DNA of 64,000 nucleotides from NCBI RefSeq assembly GCF_055900595.2, contig NZ_CM148325.1; one strand, 5' to 3'. Shown piece by piece: positions 61,960 to 64,000 of this stretch (position 1 is its first letter; each line of letters starts with the position of its first letter). The notes under the pieces were generated by a model. It saw only the letters and a program-made list of their open reading frames with translations, ran no database searches and was not told where the DNA came from. The position numbers and the translations under genes were made by a program.

Positions 61960-62443
61960 GCGCCGTAAAACCCCGTCCTTCAGGGCAGGGATATAAGGCG
62001 CGGTTTTCCACCTGACCAGGTGTTTGCTGTTGTTCAATGTATTGGCGGATGACGGATATTGGCGCACCTCCGCAGCTACTGGCAAAATAGCCAGCACTCC
62101 ACAAAACGCCTTTGTAGTAATACCTGACTGCAATATCTGGTCGATCTCGTCGCAGTCACCTACCCGATACGCCTTTGAGGCTGTTTACCAGACTGGATAT
62201 CGCCAGTTTGGGAGGATAGTTAATTAACAAATGGACGTGATCTGGTTCGCCATCCATTTCAACCAGTTCAGCTTCAAAATCAGCGCATACATTTGAAAAG
62301 TAAGCGCGTAGTTTTTCTGTCGCGTCATGGTCAAAAATCTGACGTCGGTATCTGGTGACAAAGACCAGGTGAACATGCATCAGGAAAACACAATGCCTTC
62401 CACGCCGGATATCGGTTTCTTTTTTCACAGACCAAAGTATCAT
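61960..62443 (-). pseudogene. tnpA: IS200/IS605 TnpA (HUH Y1 transposase) interrupted by an in-frame TGA
   Basis: N-terminal 95 codons (HVHLVFVTRYRR and DHVHLLINYPPKLAISSLVNSLKG motifs) end at a TGA (62156-62158); the same frame continues with LRRDRPDIAVRYYYKGVLWSAGYFASSCGGAPISVIRQYIEQQQ, holding the catalytic-Tyr helix, and then runs on with no proper stop. Confidence 0.7.
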
Positions 62444-62450
62444 TTGGCCT

Positions 62451-63659
62451 GTGAAACGACTACAGGCATTTAAATTCCAGTTAAGACCAGGTGATCAACA
62501 GGAGTGTGAAATGAGGCGCTTCGCAGGCGCATGTCGTTTCGTTTTCAATCGTGCTCTGGCGCTTCAGAATGAGAATCATGAGGCCGGTAATAAATACATC
62601 CCTTACGGGAAAATGGCTTCCTGGCTGGTTGAGTGGAAAAATGCCACTGAAACGCAATGGCTTAAAGATTCTCCCTCACAGCCATTGCAACAGTCACTGA
62701 AAGACCTTGAGCGGGCTTACAAAAACTTCTTCCGGAAGCGGGCTGCTTTTCCCCGATTCAAAAAGCGGGGACAGAATGATGCATTCCGCTACCCGCAGGG
62801 CGTTAAGCTCGATCAGGAAAACAGCCGTATTTTTCTGCCGAAACTGGGCTGGATGCGTTACCGCAATAGCCGTCAGGTCACGGGTGTTGTGAAAAATGTC
62901 ACTGTCAGCCAGTCCTGCGGTAAGTGGTACATCAGTATTCAGACAGAAAGTGAAGTATCCACTCCGGTTCACCCTTCAGCATCAATGGTCGGGCTGGATG
63001 CTGGCGTGGCTAAACTCGCCACGCTGTCAGATGGCACAGTCTTTGAGCCTGTAAACAGTTTTCAGAAAAACCAGAAGACGCTGGCGAGACTTCAGCGACA
63101 GTTAAGCCGCAAGGTCAAATTCAGCAACAACTGGCAGAAGCAGAAACGCAAAATACAGCGACTGCATTCCCGTATCGCAAATATCCGCAGGGACTACCTT
63201 CACAAAGTCACAACGACCGTCAGCAAAAACCACGCAATGATAGTCATTGAGGATTTGAAGGTCAGCAACATGTCAAAGTCAGCAGCGGGTACGGTCAGCC
63301 AGCCGGGGCGCAATGTCCGGGCAAAATCAGGTTTAAACCGTTCGATACTGGATCAGGGCTGGTATGAAATGCGCCGCCAGCTTGAGTACAAGCAGCTCTG
63401 GCGTGGCGGTCAGGTGCTTGCTGTTCCGCCAGCGTACACAAGCCAGCGTTGCGCGTGCTGTGGTCATACAGCGAAAGAAAATCGCCTGTCACAAAGTCAA
63501 TTCAGATGCCAGGTATGTGGATATACAGCGAACGCCGATGTAAACGGCGCTCGTAACATTTTAGCGGCGGGGCACGCCGTTCTTGCCTGTGGAGAGATGG
63601 TGCAGTCAGGCCGCCCGTTGAAGCAGGAACCCACCGAAATGATTCAGGCGACAGCCTGA
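62451..63659 (+). CDS. tnpB: TnpB (IS605 OrfB family, RuvC-like putative RNA-guided nuclease)
   Basis: 402-aa ORF with N-terminal OrfB-type region ([13 protein letters not shown]), RuvC-I GLDAGV, RuvC-II IEDLKV, zinc finger CACCGH...CQVCG and Ruv[15 protein letters not shown]; the start could instead be the ATG at 62511. Confidence 0.85.
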   Translation: MKRLQAFKFQLRPGDQQECEMRRFAGACRFVFNRALALQNENHEAGNKYIPYGKMASWLVEWKNATETQWLKDSPSQPLQQSLKDLERAYKNFFRKRAAFPRFKKRGQNDAFRYPQGVKLDQENSRIFLPKLGWMRYRNSRQVTGVVKNVTVSQSCGKWYISIQTESEVSTPVHPSASMVGLDAGVAKLATLSDGTVFEPVNSFQKNQKTLARLQRQLSRKVKFSNNWQKQKRKIQRLHSRIANIRRDYLHKVTTTVSKNHAMIVIEDLKVSNMSKSAAGTVSQPGRNVRAKSGLNRSILDQGWYEMRRQLEYKQLWRGGQVLAVPPAYTSQRCACCGHTAKENRLSQSQFRCQVCGYTANADVNGARNILAAGHAVLACGEMVQSGRPLKQEPTEMIQATA

Positions 63660-63698
63660 ACGTAGCAGGGATCCTCGTCCTTCAGGGCGTGGAGGATG

Positions 63699-64000
63699 TC
63701 AACAAACAGGTTGAATTAACTCCGCGCCCTGGTTTTTGACATTACCTACCGCGCGCGATACCGGGTGCCAGGTGAACTGGTTTGCTGGCACACAGCCGTT
63801 GGTAGCAATTTCTGATGCTTCTTTACCGCCAATCTCTTGCCGCATCCATTCCCGCGCAGCTTCTGGCGACAGTACCAGCGGGCGGCGGTCATGAATATCT
63901 ACCAGACCCTGGTCTGCTGCTGCAGTGACAATTAAAAATCCTTCGGCTTCGTCACCGCGCTCAAACGGTGTGCTACCTATCGCGGCCATAAAAACAGGTT
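63699..64000 (-). CDS. yedK: SOS-response-associated peptidase YedK, C-terminal part (gene continues beyond window end)
   Basis: Minus-strand translation ...MAAIGSTPFERGDEAEGFLIVTAAADQGLVDIHDRRPLVLSPEAAREWMRQEIGG...NVKNQGAELIQPVC matches the SRAP family C-terminus; stop at 63699-63701. Confidence 0.75.
   Translation of the reverse strand, partial: PVFMAAIGSTPFERGDEAEGFLIVTAAADQGLVDIHDRRPLVLSPEAAREWMRQEIGGKEASEIATNGCVPANQFTWHPVSRAVGNVKNQGAELIQPVC

Larger units (their letters stand above)
61960..63700. mobile_element. IS200/IS605-family element with divergent tnpA (decayed) and tnpB; boundaries approximate
   Basis: Y1-transposase and TnpB reading frames in divergent orientation; the 13-mer cgtccttcagggc occurs subterminally at both presumed ends (61973-61985 and 63676-63688), the right copy inside a 6-bp-stem hairpin atcctc...gaggat. 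Confidence 0.55.

Overview
This window reads as an Escherichia coli-type chromosomal segment (my identification from recognised protein and RNA sequences, not a database search). Positions 1-26154 are the core of the yersiniabactin High Pathogenicity Island (HPI): ybtT (partial), ybtU, irp1, irp2, ybtA, ybtPQXS and a P4-type integrase, abutting the 3-prime end of tRNA-Asn (asnT). The rest is core genome in the order mtfA, serU, yodB, zinT, msrQP, hiuH, hprRS, hchA, an IS1 copy with 9-bp target duplication, porin yedS, yedR, yedJ, dcm/vsr, yedA, yedI, yodC, REP cluster, dgcQ, yedP, DsrA sRNA, yodD, dsrB, rcsA, and the flagellar fliR-fliF cluster with divergent fliE. Beyond fliE lies a small accessory islet (emrE, ybcL, AraC-type ybcM), a roughly 0.9 kb AT-rich non-coding stretch with three 20-bp tandem repeats, and an IS200/IS605-family element with a decayed tnpA and an apparently intact tnpB, sitting against the 3-prime end of yedK. 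I found no clearly novel multi-gene system; the most interesting points are the TnpB element, the AT-rich repeat region, and the HPI integrase lacking a canonical start codon. Gene names are from memory of E. coli proteins; coordinates were refined by hand from the ORF track and the sequence.
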